Origin: a virus
Taxonomy: Duplodnaviria > Caudoviricetes
Reading direction: 5' to 3' (one strand)
DNA length: 64,000 nucleotides
Virus record (IMG/VR): IMGVR_UViG_3300025389_000010
Span: 32,001-96,000 of that record
Position numbers and translations under genes: made by a program. Below, in pieces: positions 30,528 through 40,435 of this stretch. A model generated the notes under the pieces. That model had not been told where the DNA came from. It made no database searches and saw nothing but the letters and a program-made list of their open reading frames with translations. How positions within the stretch are numbered: the stretch's first letter is position 1; each line of letters begins with the position of its first letter.

Positions 30528-30974
30528 TCATTTTAAATGATTTTCATTTAAAATAATGAAAGTATATCCGTTTGTCTTGCACCATGCTCTTGCAGCTTCC
30601 CATTTTTTAGTGTTAACAGCAAACTGATATTTTTCGTATAATATTGTTTTTTGTTTTTTTCTTGATGTTATTTCAGGTGGTCTTGTTTGTCTTTCAGGTT
30701 TTACTTCTATCAATAATTTTTTAATCGTACCGTCTTTTGAATTTAGTTTTGCAACAAGATCAACAAAATAACGATGTATTTTTCCATCAACCGGAGATTG
30801 ATATGGTATAACAACGGATTCTGAACCCCATGTTAAAACATTTGGATTATTATCCAAATATCTAAATGCTTTTAATTCAAGCATTGAACGATATACGATA
30901 GGATATGTGCCTGAATATTTTTTAGGATTTTTTGGACTATATATTCCTTGTGTATATCGTTTATCTTTTTTCAC
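30528..30974 (-). CDS. gp4: Head completion protein gp4 (TnsA-like nuclease fold)
   Basis: YSPKNPKKYSG...IVYRSMLE...WGSESVVIPY...HRYFVD...IEVKP...NTKKWEAA. Confidence 0.93.
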   Translation of the reverse strand: MKKDKRYTQGIYSPKNPKKYSGTYPIVYRSMLELKAFRYLDNNPNVLTWGSESVVIPYQSPVDGKIHRYFVDLVAKLNSKDGTIKKLLIEVKPERQTRPPEITSRKKQKTILYEKYQFAVNTKKWEAARAWCKTNGYTFIILNENHLK

Positions 30975-30976
30975 TT

Positions 30977-31858
30977 TTATCCAAGGAAAAATCTTGTAGG
31001 GTGTCTATCTATCATGTCAGTCTCAAGTTCCTTTTCAAGATCATCTTTTTCTTTTAATCCTTGACTCATCAAGTCTGCTGAATTTACAGTTTGTCCTCCA
31101 AATAAATTTGTACCTTGATATTTTCCTCTAACGTGCGCAATTGCAATTTTAGCTTGAGCTAGTGTGTATCTGTAAACCCAAAGTTGTGATATTAAATCTT
31201 TAATTGGTTTTTGAACTTTGCATCCCAATAAACCATAATATATATTATTATATGTTGGTTCTGGTATAATTTTTAAAATTTGATTATCAGCATCAAAACG
31301 TATATAAGGCATAAGACCTAATAATTTTTCTCTAGTATCTAACCATGTTTTTAACGTCTGCCATGTTATCAAATCATAACCAACATTACCAAGTAAGTGA
31401 CCAAAATAAGCTTGTTGTGCAATTGTATTTTCAATTGTAAACAATGTGTTTACACCTGAATTATTACCTTGATCGAATGAAAACACATCAACGACTCTTC
31501 TGAAATCACCAAGATCATAATCAAAGCATGCACTTAATCCAACAGTTGTAGTATCCGCTGGATTAATTGGGTTATACATGTCAGGTGATGTGCTGAACAT
31601 TCTTGCAATTGGAAGACCAACCTTTGGTATATAAAGATCAGATCTAAAAATAAGGTATTCTTCGGTTTCACCTGCAAACTTTGTAAAGAACTCAAGTGAA
31701 ATATCGATTAATTCGTATATCTGTTCACTGCTTATTTCAATATCAATCAAAGGTGCACCTAAAGTTCTTTTAATTCTTTGTGCTAAATGATCATAAGTTT
31801 TAACCTTTGAATTAAAGGTTACGCTTCCGTGAAATCTGTTTGGTACAACGCTATCCAT
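30977..31858 (-). CDS. gp13: Neck protein gp13
   Basis: IKRTLGAPLIDIEISSEQI, WVYRYTLAQAK...RGKYQGTNLFGGQTVNS. Confidence 0.88.
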   Translation of the reverse strand: MDSVVPNRFHGSVTFNSKVKTYDHLAQRIKRTLGAPLIDIEISSEQIYELIDISLEFFTKFAGETEEYLIFRSDLYIPKVGLPIARMFSTSPDMYNPINPADTTTVGLSACFDYDLGDFRRVVDVFSFDQGNNSGVNTLFTIENTIAQQAYFGHLLGNVGYDLITWQTLKTWLDTREKLLGLMPYIRFDADNQILKIIPEPTYNNIYYGLLGCKVQKPIKDLISQLWVYRYTLAQAKIAIAHVRGKYQGTNLFGGQTVNSADLMSQGLKEKDDLEKELETDMIDRHPTRFFLG

Positions 31859-31881
31859 CGATTATACTTATCATTATAGAT

Positions 31882-31909
31882 TTGACTTTAACTGATATTA
31901 TTATAATAT
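31882..31909 (+). promoter_or_regulatory. Sigma70-like promoter (TTGACT-N16-TAATAT) for the small ORF/GT/sulfotransferase unit
   Basis: Read from sequence; ATG follows 5 nt later at 31915. Confidence 0.5.
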
Positions 31910-31914
31910 AGTGT

Positions 31915-32055
31915 ATGAACTTTGACCAAGATATCGTTTCAGTAAAAAATAAAGATTTAAGTCCAGATGTAAATGAAATTACCGAAGATGTACAAGTTAC
32001 ATCTGCTAATCATGATATCAAGCCAGCAAACAAAGAAGACGTTTTAAATGGATAA
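31915..32055 (+). CDS. Small acidic ORF (46 aa) overlapping the glycosyltransferase start
   Basis: MNFDQDIVSVKNKDLSPDVNEITEDVQVTSANHDIKPANKEDVLNG*; below the track length cutoff. Confidence 0.5.
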   Translation: MNFDQDIVSVKNKDLSPDVNEITEDVQVTSANHDIKPANKEDVLNG

Positions 32056-32977
32056 TTATGTTATATACCATATTGATGGTGGTTGTGGTAAAAACATAGC
32101 GGGTACTGCTGTTGTTAAATCTATAAAGGAAGCTTATCCGGATCATAAATTGATTGTTGTTAGTGCATATCCTGAAGTTTTTTTACACAATCCAAGCGTT
32201 CATCGTGTTTATAAATTTGGTTATCTTCCTTACTTTTTTGATGACTATATCAATAATAAAAATTCAGTTATTTTAAGAGCAGAGCCTTATCATTCTGGTG
32301 ATCTTCTTTATAAAAGAAAATCATTGATTGAGATTTGGTGTGATGTTTTTAATATCCCATGTGTTTCAAAAAAACCTGAGTTGTATTTGACACAACGTGA
32401 ACTAATGCTTGTGGAAAATAAGATACAAAAAAAGGGTCCAATTTTATTATTGCAAACAAATGGCGGTGCAGAAAAACAAGAAAACAAATATTCATGGTCA
32501 AGAGATTTACCACCGGTATTTGCACAGGAATTAGTCAATAGTCTTAAAAATAAATTTGAAAAAATTATTCATGTGAGAAGAGATAATCAACCGGAATTGA
32601 AGAATACATTTTCTTATAGTGACAACTTCCGTAATCTTTTTTGTGCAGTATATTTCTCTGATAAGATCATAGCAATTGATTCATTTTTACAACATGCTGC
32701 TGCTGCATTTAACAAGAAAGCAACTGTTGGTTGGATATCAAATTCACCTGTTGTTTTTGGTTATGACATTCATGATAATATCGTTGCAAATGGAACGGAA
32801 TTGTTTCGTCATAGAATAGATTCTTATCTTGAAAAAGACGATTGGACAGGTGGTAGACCACATGAATGCCCTTATGATAATATCAATAATATTTTTGATA
32901 AAAATCAATTTATTGAATCGGTTTTAAATCAAAATATTGAATACACTATTAACCAACCAAGTATAAAATTAATATGA
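32048..32977 (+). CDS. GT-B glycosyltransferase, GT9 (heptosyltransferase)-like
   Basis: IDGGCGKNI, SAYPEVFLHNP, KYSWSRDLP, IIAIDSFLQHAAAAF. Confidence 0.75.
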   Translation: MDNYVIYHIDGGCGKNIAGTAVVKSIKEAYPDHKLIVVSAYPEVFLHNPSVHRVYKFGYLPYFFDDYINNKNSVILRAEPYHSGDLLYKRKSLIEIWCDVFNIPCVSKKPELYLTQRELMLVENKIQKKGPILLLQTNGGAEKQENKYSWSRDLPPVFAQELVNSLKNKFEKIIHVRRDNQPELKNTFSYSDNFRNLFCAVYFSDKIIAIDSFLQHAAAAFNKKATVGWISNSPVVFGYDIHDNIVANGTELFRHRIDSYLEKDDWTGGRPHECPYDNINNIFDKNQFIESVLNQNIEYTINQPSIKLI

Positions 32978-33792
32978 TATTTTTTAATTCATCAATGCCT
33001 CGTAGCATGAGTACTCTCATGCAGTGTATACTCGATCAAAACCCACAAATATCTGCAACACCAACTGATCCTGTTCTGGAATATCTTTATGGTGCAAGAA
33101 TGAATTATACCAATACACCGGAAGTAAAAGCTATCGACAAAGATCTTGCGCTTAAAACTTGGAGAGGTTTTTGTTGGGGTGGTTTAGAAGGTTATGCGAA
33201 GGCATATACAAATAAAGAAAATATCTGCATCAAAACAAGAGGCGGTACGATACATTATAATTGGTTTAAATCATTCATGCCATATGAACCGAAGATGATT
33301 TGCATGGTTCGTAATTTAAAAAGCATTATTGCATCAATGGAAAAGCTCTATAGAAACAATCAAGAGAATCATCAGGCAATTCAAAATCATTCCCAAATGA
33401 AAGGTACAACAACCGCAAAGAGAGTTGATGAATGGATAGCTTCTCCGCCTGTTGGAATGGCACTTGAGAGACTTCAACAAACAATTCTTGAGGGTGTTAA
33501 TAAAAAAGTTTTATATGTAAGAGCCGAAGACCTAACGAGCTATCCACAAAGAGAAATGGATAGGATTTACAAGTATCTGGAATTAGATTCTTATAAACAT
33601 GACTTTGATAATGTAGAACAAACAATCAAAGAAGATGATTCTGTTTATGGGTTATCCGATAACCTTCATACCATCCGTAAAAAGGTTCAGCCTTTGATAC
33701 CTGACCATGATGAGATTTTGAGTAAGCAAGTTTGTGAATGGATTGACCAAAGGTTTGCTTGGTATCAACAAGGTTTTAATTATACAAAATAA
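32974..33792 (+). CDS. Sulfotransferase family protein
   Basis: SSMPRSMSTLMQCILDQNP (5'-PSB-like), KMICMVRNLKSIIAS (3'-PB-like), VRAEDLTSYPQREMDRIYKYL. Confidence 0.85.
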   Translation: MIFFNSSMPRSMSTLMQCILDQNPQISATPTDPVLEYLYGARMNYTNTPEVKAIDKDLALKTWRGFCWGGLEGYAKAYTNKENICIKTRGGTIHYNWFKSFMPYEPKMICMVRNLKSIIASMEKLYRNNQENHQAIQNHSQMKGTTTAKRVDEWIASPPVGMALERLQQTILEGVNKKVLYVRAEDLTSYPQREMDRIYKYLELDSYKHDFDNVEQTIKEDDSVYGLSDNLHTIRKKVQPLIPDHDEILSKQVCEWIDQRFAWYQQGFNYTK

Positions 33793-33797
33793 TAAAA

Positions 33798-34517
33798 TTA
33801 AAATGGATATTGTTTATTACCATTAAACAAATATTTTATTTGATTTTGTGTTAAAGGTGTATTCCAAATTCCAACTGCATCTATTGCACCGCTGAAATAA
33901 TATTCATTATTTTCGCCACCACCAACACTAAAAACAGTGTTACCATAAAATGTATATCCATCTGCGATAGTTGCAGAACCTGCAATTTCACCATTAAGAT
34001 ATGCTGTAACATTATTACCTGATCTGGTATATGCAAGATGATACCAAGTGTTAATACTTAAATTTCCTGTACTAAATATATATGGAGCACCGTCATTAAT
34101 GCCTGTATTGATTAGTCCAATTATAAATCCATTATCATTACCACTAATAAAAAAACCATTTCCAAATGGTGCACCCATTATGTGTTGATATCCACTAAAA
34201 TTAAAGTCTGCTTTAAACCACCCGGTTACCGTGAAATCATTATTAACCGGAACACCAAAACTTGTTGTGCCTAATCTATTATTACCATCAAATTGTGCTG
34301 CATACCCATTTATACCAGTGATTGTATAAACACCGCCATTTATATCTGTTAACGTATTGTCATTGCCAGATGAATCAAGCCAGTTAGTATCATCAAAATT
34401 ATAAAAAGCTATAGGATTAGGGATTACTATTGCTGACCATATAGTAGTATTACCAATATAAATTTTATTTATATTAGTATCTCCCAATTTAATATCATTA
34501 ATATCACTATTAATCAT
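33798..34517 (-). CDS. LamG/ConA-like lectin domain protein (fibre tip)
   Basis: AFYNFDD...DSSGNDNTL, FTVTGWFK, WYHLAYT...AYLNGE, FSGAIDAVGIWNTPLT. Confidence 0.88.
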   Translation of the reverse strand: MINSDINDIKLGDTNINKIYIGNTTIWSAIVIPNPIAFYNFDDTNWLDSSGNDNTLTDINGGVYTITGINGYAAQFDGNNRLGTTSFGVPVNNDFTVTGWFKADFNFSGYQHIMGAPFGNGFFISGNDNGFIIGLINTGINDGAPYIFSTGNLSINTWYHLAYTRSGNNVTAYLNGEIAGSATIADGYTFYGNTVFSVGGGENNEYYFSGAIDAVGIWNTPLTQNQIKYLFNGNKQYPF

Positions 34518-37500
34518 TATGTTATAAGATATAAAGTATTAGAATCTTTTACCGAAAGTCCATCGTATTGACTTTGTGTTAATTTAACAATAGAATATAC
34601 ATCATTTGAAACAACAACTGTACCACTATTATCTGGAAAACAAATTGTACGGTTAGATGTAGCAGTACCACAAATCATTGTTTGTGTATAACCAGAAGCT
34701 GTGCCTAATCCAATACAACCTGATCCATTTGTTATAATTGAACCGCCGCCACTTGATGTATCAATTGAACCGCCGGGAGTAGATAGATTTGTACCAGCGG
34801 ACATATTTAACGTTCCACCGCTTGCACCACACCCGCCGTTTGCTATAATGGAACCACCGTTTGAACTACCACCATGACCGCCATTCATTGTTATTGAACC
34901 GCCATCACCACCATCATTATCACTCCAAGCTGTTCCATTCATGGTAATGCTACCACCGCTACCAGAATGGAATTGACCGCTAGAATTGTTAATTGCATTG
35001 GCTCCGTTTAATGAAATACTACCACCACCGCCACCAGCAGTTACGAAAGCACCATTAAATGCACCAGAACCAGCATTCATGTTAATAGTACCACCATTAG
35101 AGCCACCACCACCGTATAAACTAATGTAACCACCACATCCACCGTTAAGACAAACGGAACCTATATCACTACATCTATATCCAGATCCGGTGCCACCGTT
35201 CAAATTAATATATCCAGCATTACCACCCGGCACATATGCTGGAGTAAAACCATCTTGGTTTGCGTAATTATTTACATCGATATAACATCCACCAGCATTC
35301 AATATAATGCTTCCAGCATTTGAACAAAGATTTCCATTCATGTTAATGCTGCCACCATGTCCGCAAGCACCACCTATCATGGAAATTGATCCACCATTGC
35401 CGCCAGTTGTTTCTATATATTGATTAGATATATTTGAAACTCCACCAGATAAATTTATTGATCCGCCGTTGCCACCTGCAACATAAGCACCACTTGAAGT
35501 ATCTTCACTCCAATTACCTCCATTGATAATAATAGAACCAGCATTACCGCCAGTTGCAGCATCGCTACAACCGCCATTTAAACATATAATTCCACCTAAT
35601 CCACCAGACGTACCATTTGATCCATTACCGCCATTTATACTAATATAACCACCATTTGAAACAAATATTTCTGAGTCGGTTATATATCCAGATGCACCAT
35701 AAAAAACCGTAGATGTTATATATGGATTTGTTTCTCTTAATGCAAGAGTACCGTCGTTATCTGGAAAACAAATTGTACGGTTGTGAGTGGCAGTACCACA
35801 AAGCATTGTTTGGTTATAATTAGAAGCTGTGCCTAATCCAATACAACCTGATCCATTTGTTATAATTGAACCGCCGCCACTTGATGTATCTATAGATCCA
35901 GCATTTCTAAAAGTATCACCTCTCATTGTTATAGAACCGCCATTTCCTCCCGGTCCATTAATTTCACCATTTGATCCTCTTAAATCTATAACACCACCAA
36001 AACCTCCATTTGTAGTATTAAAACCATCAAAATATCCATCTCCGCCATCGAGTATGAGGCAACCTGCATTACCACCAAGGCCAACATTTCCATTACCACC
36101 GCTAAATGAAATACACCCAGCATTACCACCCGTTCCAATATATGGACCAGAATAATCACCGCCTTTTCCTATAATATATCCACCTTTACCAGCGCATATA
36201 GCAGGGTCTGTTCCTGCATTTATAAGTTGACCTGCATTTAAATTTAAATATCCAGCATCAGAACCGCATGTTGCTCCGGATGCATTAGATCCTTTAAGTG
36301 TTATACAGCCACCATTTCCACCATTTCCTTTATTATCATTATCAGCATAATCAGCATTACCTCCAGATATATCTATAAAACCTCCAATACCGCCATGAAC
36401 ACCATCAAAGGAAATTCCACTTATTCCTTCAAAAATTGTAGCTTTAACTGAGCTTAAAGATAGTAAATTGTTAACATGTGCTGTATTCTTTTGAAGAGTG
36501 ATTATATTTGAACCAATTACAAAAGAATTACAATCTTTTGCAATATTATCATGACCACCCATTATTGCAGAATAATTTGCGGATGCATTATTATTTCCCT
36601 TTTTTGGTTCTATAGAATAATAAGGTGAATCATTTACACCATATTGATATATGGAAGCAGCTTCTCCTATTGAAGATAAAGCTCTACCGGTCGTATCATA
36701 AGATGCGGTTAATGCAAAAGTTGATGTATATGAATCATATGCATATCCTGATGTTGTAGCATAATAAGCACTACCTGTTGAGCCATTTGGTGCCCACAAT
36801 GAGCCAGAAACAGTAAGGTTGTTAGTATATGTTGTATCATCGTTATAAGATGATAGCGCAGAACCTAATGTAAAAGAATTATTATTTCTTATGCAGTTAT
36901 TTTGACCACCTAAAATGCCAGAATAATTACCAGAAATAAAATTTGCACATCCACCGACTATGTTGGAATGTGTGCCCATTATGCAGTTTAATTTACCACC
37001 AACTATATTTGAAAAATCGGTTATATTATTAAAATAATATCCAGAAGATGTTGAATCAATCCAGTTGCAAACACCGCCACCTACGGTTGCATAATTACCA
37101 GTAACAAATCCAGAAATACCGCTTGTTATTGATGAATAGTATGCAGAAGCTGTGTTTTGTTGTCCGGAAACAACGCTAGATTGATACCCAGAAGCTGTAT
37201 TTTGAAATCCACCTCCAACAAAAGAATAAAGATTTACAGTATTTGAAGAACCGCCACCTATTGTACCAACAGCATAAGCACCATTGAAATATCCACCACT
37301 TATCACGGCACCATTGCCAGAAATTTGATTGAAAATACCACCACCTACAAAAGAATTGGAAGAACCAACACCAATGGAACTAAAAGAACCTCCAGCTATT
37401 GCGCTATTATCTGCTAATACTTGATTATAAGACCCGCCACCTACAGTGGATGTTGCTCCTGTTACTTGATTATAACCACCACCGTTTATTGTTGTGCCAT

Positions 37501-38092
37501 CACCAATTGCTTGATTGAAGCTACCTCCGTTTACAACAGATGCATATCCAGATGATGAATTATAAAAACCACCAACAACAACACTATATCCTGATATAGC
37601 TTGATTGTGTGTACCTCCAATAACAATTGATTGTGTATCGGTAGCACTATTATTAGTACCACTACCTATATATGAATAATTTCCAGTTGCCGAATTATTA
37701 CCATACATTGGATGAATGGCATATGTTTCATCCTCTAAATAATATGGTAATTTATCAGCATATAACCTACCGGTTGCGCTGATTACACCAACAACTGAAA
37801 GTCTTTTATCAGGCGTTGATGTACCTATACCAATATTATCATTAAAGAGAACTAAATTATCATTATTATTTGAAAATTTTCTAGAATCACCGTATGTTGA
37901 TGCATTTGTTATTACCGGAAAATAATAAGCAGAATTAGCAACTGTATATGTAAGCTCTGTAGGTATACCTAAACTTGGTTCTGCCTTTCTTAAATTTATA
38001 AAATTATACTGATAAGCATTTACATTTGTATTTTGATCCAATGGATCTAACTGCACATTACCAGAAGCTGTTGGAGGTATAATAGTTGACAT
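34517..38092 (-). CDS. Glycine-rich tail fibre (1191 aa)
   Basis: AEPSLGIP N-terminal motif, NIGIGTSTP, GGxxN pentapeptide-like repeats, GGNGGSI repeats, C-terminal IVKLTQSQYDGLSVKDSNTLYLI. Confidence 0.8.
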   Translation of the reverse strand: MSTIIPPTASGNVQLDPLDQNTNVNAYQYNFINLRKAEPSLGIPTELTYTVANSAYYFPVITNASTYGDSRKFSNNNDNLVLFNDNIGIGTSTPDKRLSVVGVISATGRLYADKLPYYLEDETYAIHPMYGNNSATGNYSYIGSGTNNSATDTQSIVIGGTHNQAISGYSVVVGGFYNSSSGYASVVNGGSFNQAIGDGTTINGGGYNQVTGATSTVGGGSYNQVLADNSAIAGGSFSSIGVGSSNSFVGGGIFNQISGNGAVISGGYFNGAYAVGTIGGGSSNTVNLYSFVGGGFQNTASGYQSSVVSGQQNTASAYYSSITSGISGFVTGNYATVGGGVCNWIDSTSSGYYFNNITDFSNIVGGKLNCIMGTHSNIVGGCANFISGNYSGILGGQNNCIRNNNSFTLGSALSSYNDDTTYTNNLTVSGSLWAPNGSTGSAYYATTSGYAYDSYTSTFALTASYDTTGRALSSIGEAASIYQYGVNDSPYYSIEPKKGNNNASANYSAIMGGHDNIAKDCNSFVIGSNIITLQKNTAHVNNLLSLSSVKATIFEGISGISFDGVHGGIGGFIDISGGNADYADNDNKGNGGNGGCITLKGSNASGATCGSDAGYLNLNAGQLINAGTDPAICAGKGGYIIGKGGDYSGPYIGTGGNAGCISFSGGNGNVGLGGNAGCLILDGGDGYFDGFNTTNGGFGGVIDLRGSNGEINGPGGNGGSITMRGDTFRNAGSIDTSSGGGSIITNGSGCIGLGTASNYNQTMLCGTATHNRTICFPDNDGTLALRETNPYITSTVFYGASGYITDSEIFVSNGGYISINGGNGSNGTSGGLGGIICLNGGCSDAATGGNAGSIIINGGNWSEDTSSGAYVAGGNGGSINLSGGVSNISNQYIETTGGNGGSISMIGGACGHGGSINMNGNLCSNAGSIILNAGGCYIDVNNYANQDGFTPAYVPGGNAGYINLNGGTGSGYRCSDIGSVCLNGGCGGYISLYGGGGSNGGTINMNAGSGAFNGAFVTAGGGGGSISLNGANAINNSSGQFHSGSGGSITMNGTAWSDNDGGDGGSITMNGGHGGSSNGGSIIANGGCGASGGTLNMSAGTNLSTPGGSIDTSSGGGSIITNGSGCIGLGTASGYTQTMICGTATSNRTICFPDNSGTVVVSNDVYSIVKLTQSQYDGLSVKDSNTLYLIT
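34694..35890. repeat. Identical 69-bp direct repeat (34694-34762 and 35822-35890) inside the fibre gene
   Basis: agaagctgtgcctaatcc...ccgccgccacttgatgtatc present twice; offset 1128 bp = 376 codons. Confidence 0.9.
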
Positions 38093-38126
38093 ATATTAAA
38101 AATACTTACATATTTTATTCTTATAA

Positions 38127-40013
38127 TTAGGATGCAATTGGTGTTGTTGGAGCAGTTGGTGCTGCACCAGCTTCAGGTGTTGTTGGTGCTGCACCAGCTT
38201 CAGGTGTTGGTGCGGCTTCTGATCCCGGTGTAGTTTCTTCTCCTGCTCCTCCACCTCCGCCAAATTCTGGTATTTCTAAACCTCCGCCACCGCCTCCGCC
38301 ACCAAGTGGTGATGCTCCACCACCTGCGCTTTGTGCTGCTTCTTCAGCTGCTGCAATGTGTTCTCTCCAATTTGGACCTGTAGTTGAAATTTGTTCAAGT
38401 TCCCACTTCAAAGCAGCATCTTTTCTAAGCCATTCCATGTTTTCACTGATTCTTGCATCATTAAATTCAAGATAATGACGTTGAGCAAACGTTTTTGATA
38501 TGGACTCATTATTGGACATGTCGCTAAATAGCTTCATTTTGAGTTCAAGCTCTTGGTTTTTTCTAATTGCAAAGAAATTAGAAGGTGGATTAAACTCAAG
38601 ATGGAAATAAGATTCGTGCATCTTGAATTCTTTCCACCAACCTCTGAGTTTTAAGTGAGTAATGAACGCATTTTTGAGTCCATCTGCAAATTGTGCCTGT
38701 AAACGAACAATAAATTTAGCAAAATGCAATTCTTCTCTTAATATTTCGGCTCCATCCTTGTATCCATCCTCTGGGTTGAGTCTTGTGAGAGGAACTTTGA
38801 GAGATTTGTACAATTTATTGACAAAATACATCAAATCTTTGAGTTCTCCAAGGTTTTGACCACCCGGAAGTGTTTCAACATCAGATCCAGAGCCGTTTGG
38901 ACCCTTTGCGAACCAATATGAGTCAAGCATTGACTGTGGATCATAGATATTTGATGCTCCCGGTGATGCCTGAGATCCATCATATGTCTTTTTGTTCCAA
39001 TATGATTGCATTAATTGCTTTAAATACGCTTCAGCCTTTGCTGGTGGCATGTTTCCAACATCAATTTTGAATTTAAGACGTTCTGGTGCTCTTACTAATC
39101 TATAAATTACTATCGCATCTTCAATCAAAGACAATTGTTTATACGCTCTTCTGCAATTTTCAATGAAAGGAATCCTTATTGTGGCATCTTCGTTCCACAT
39201 ACCAGAATTAATATATGTAATCTGATTACCTTGGAATGTAATAATTTGTTGTTGAAGAGAATTTGCAGGACTTGGTTGTGTGCTTGGTTGCTGCAATGCA
39301 ACATTTTTGTTATCTTGAACACTTATTGGTTTTTGAAATATGAAATTTTGAATAACATTGTTTTGTACATTGTCATAAATTGGATTAATAAGTTCACCGG
39401 GAATGTTTAAAACACCAATGATACCCAATTCTTTCTTTTCTTCGTGTATAATATTTTCAAAAAATATCTCAGCTTCCGTTAAAAGTTGTCTACAATAACC
39501 CCAACCTTTAGTTTCTAAATCAAAAATATTAATAAATTTATAATATTCCTTTTCGATTTCATTTCTTTCTTCGGCTGTTATCTTTGAAAAAGGTGAAAAT
39601 TTGAGTTTTAATATTTTGCCATTTTCATCTTTGTTGATAAATTCATCACAAATTTCATCCAAGCAATCTGAAACTTCTGCATATGCGCCCATTCTGCGAT
39701 ATTCAGCTATTCTTCTTATTTTATCACTGTCAATACTGGCATAAATGTATTTATGATAATTTTGATTTGATCCAAAAGTGTTTGGACCATAAACACTTCC
39801 ATCCTGCATGAATGGTCCTGTTATTACAGACTGTTGTAAAAGTCTTAGTTCTTTTCTTTTTGAAAGTTTTTCAAATAATTCATATTTTGGATTATTAACA
39901 TCTGCTTCCAATGTTGTTTTAACATAAGGAAGTTTTGATAAAATAGAAGAAACGAAGTTTCTACTTCCATTATCTGGTTGCTTTATACTACTTGACTGAA
40001 AATAATCGGGCAT
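38127..40013 (-). CDS. gp20: Portal protein gp20 with Gly/Ala/Pro/Glu-rich C-terminal tail
   Basis: QLSLIEDAIVIYRLVRAPER...IDVGNMPPAKAEAYL, SMLDSYWF, VETLPGGQNLGEL, LYKSLKVP...EILREELHFAKF. Confidence 0.97.
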   Translation of the reverse strand: MPDYFQSSSIKQPDNGSRNFVSSILSKLPYVKTTLEADVNNPKYELFEKLSKRKELRLLQQSVITGPFMQDGSVYGPNTFGSNQNYHKYIYASIDSDKIRRIAEYRRMGAYAEVSDCLDEICDEFINKDENGKILKLKFSPFSKITAEERNEIEKEYYKFINIFDLETKGWGYCRQLLTEAEIFFENIIHEEKKELGIIGVLNIPGELINPIYDNVQNNVIQNFIFQKPISVQDNKNVALQQPSTQPSPANSLQQQIITFQGNQITYINSGMWNEDATIRIPFIENCRRAYKQLSLIEDAIVIYRLVRAPERLKFKIDVGNMPPAKAEAYLKQLMQSYWNKKTYDGSQASPGASNIYDPQSMLDSYWFAKGPNGSGSDVETLPGGQNLGELKDLMYFVNKLYKSLKVPLTRLNPEDGYKDGAEILREELHFAKFIVRLQAQFADGLKNAFITHLKLRGWWKEFKMHESYFHLEFNPPSNFFAIRKNQELELKMKLFSDMSNNESISKTFAQRHYLEFNDARISENMEWLRKDAALKWELEQISTTGPNWREHIAAAEEAAQSAGGGASPLGGGGGGGGLEIPEFGGGGGAGEETTPGSEAAPTPEAGAAPTTPEAGAAPTAPTTPIAS

Positions 40014-40077
40014 ATTATACTTTATATTTATTCAAAAAATTCAATATATCAATTTTTATTTGAATAAGTATTTACAT

Positions 40078-40431
40078 ATGGCACTCACTAATTTAGATTT
40101 ACCTGAAACAGTTTCAACTAATACATGGAATGGAACAGGTGTTTTACAAATATTAACAGATAACGGTAATCCTATAAATTTAACAGATTGTTTAATAGAA
40201 ATGAAAGTGAGATTATCTTTTGATAGTCCTTCAGTTTTATATTTTTCAACAACAGATGAAACTATTGGAATTGTTAACCCAAATACACTAGGTAAATTCT
40301 TTATTGAGCCGAGAATAATCGATATACCTCCCGGTTTATATCAATATGATATAAAAGTTACTTTTCCAAGTGGTGATGTTAGAACATATTACAGTGGTAC
40401 TTGGAATATTCTTCCTTGTATAACACGATAA
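40078..40431 (+). CDS. BppU-N-like Ig-fold virion protein
   Basis: NPINLTDCLIEMKVR...GKFFIEP...PGLYQYDIKVTFPSGDVRTYYSGTWNI; ATAAGTA upstream of ATG 40078. Confidence 0.65.
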   Translation: MALTNLDLPETVSTNTWNGTGVLQILTDNGNPINLTDCLIEMKVRLSFDSPSVLYFSTTDETIGIVNPNTLGKFFIEPRIIDIPPGLYQYDIKVTFPSGDVRTYYSGTWNILPCITR

Positions 40432-40435
40432 TTTA

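Noticed and set aside
30528-30974. TnsA transposase of a Tn7-like element
   Set aside because: Sequence and head-module context match T4 gp4; no TnsB/C or terminal repeats
35829-36155. Pro-rich + strand ORF
   Set aside because: Antisense of the Gly-rich fibre repeats
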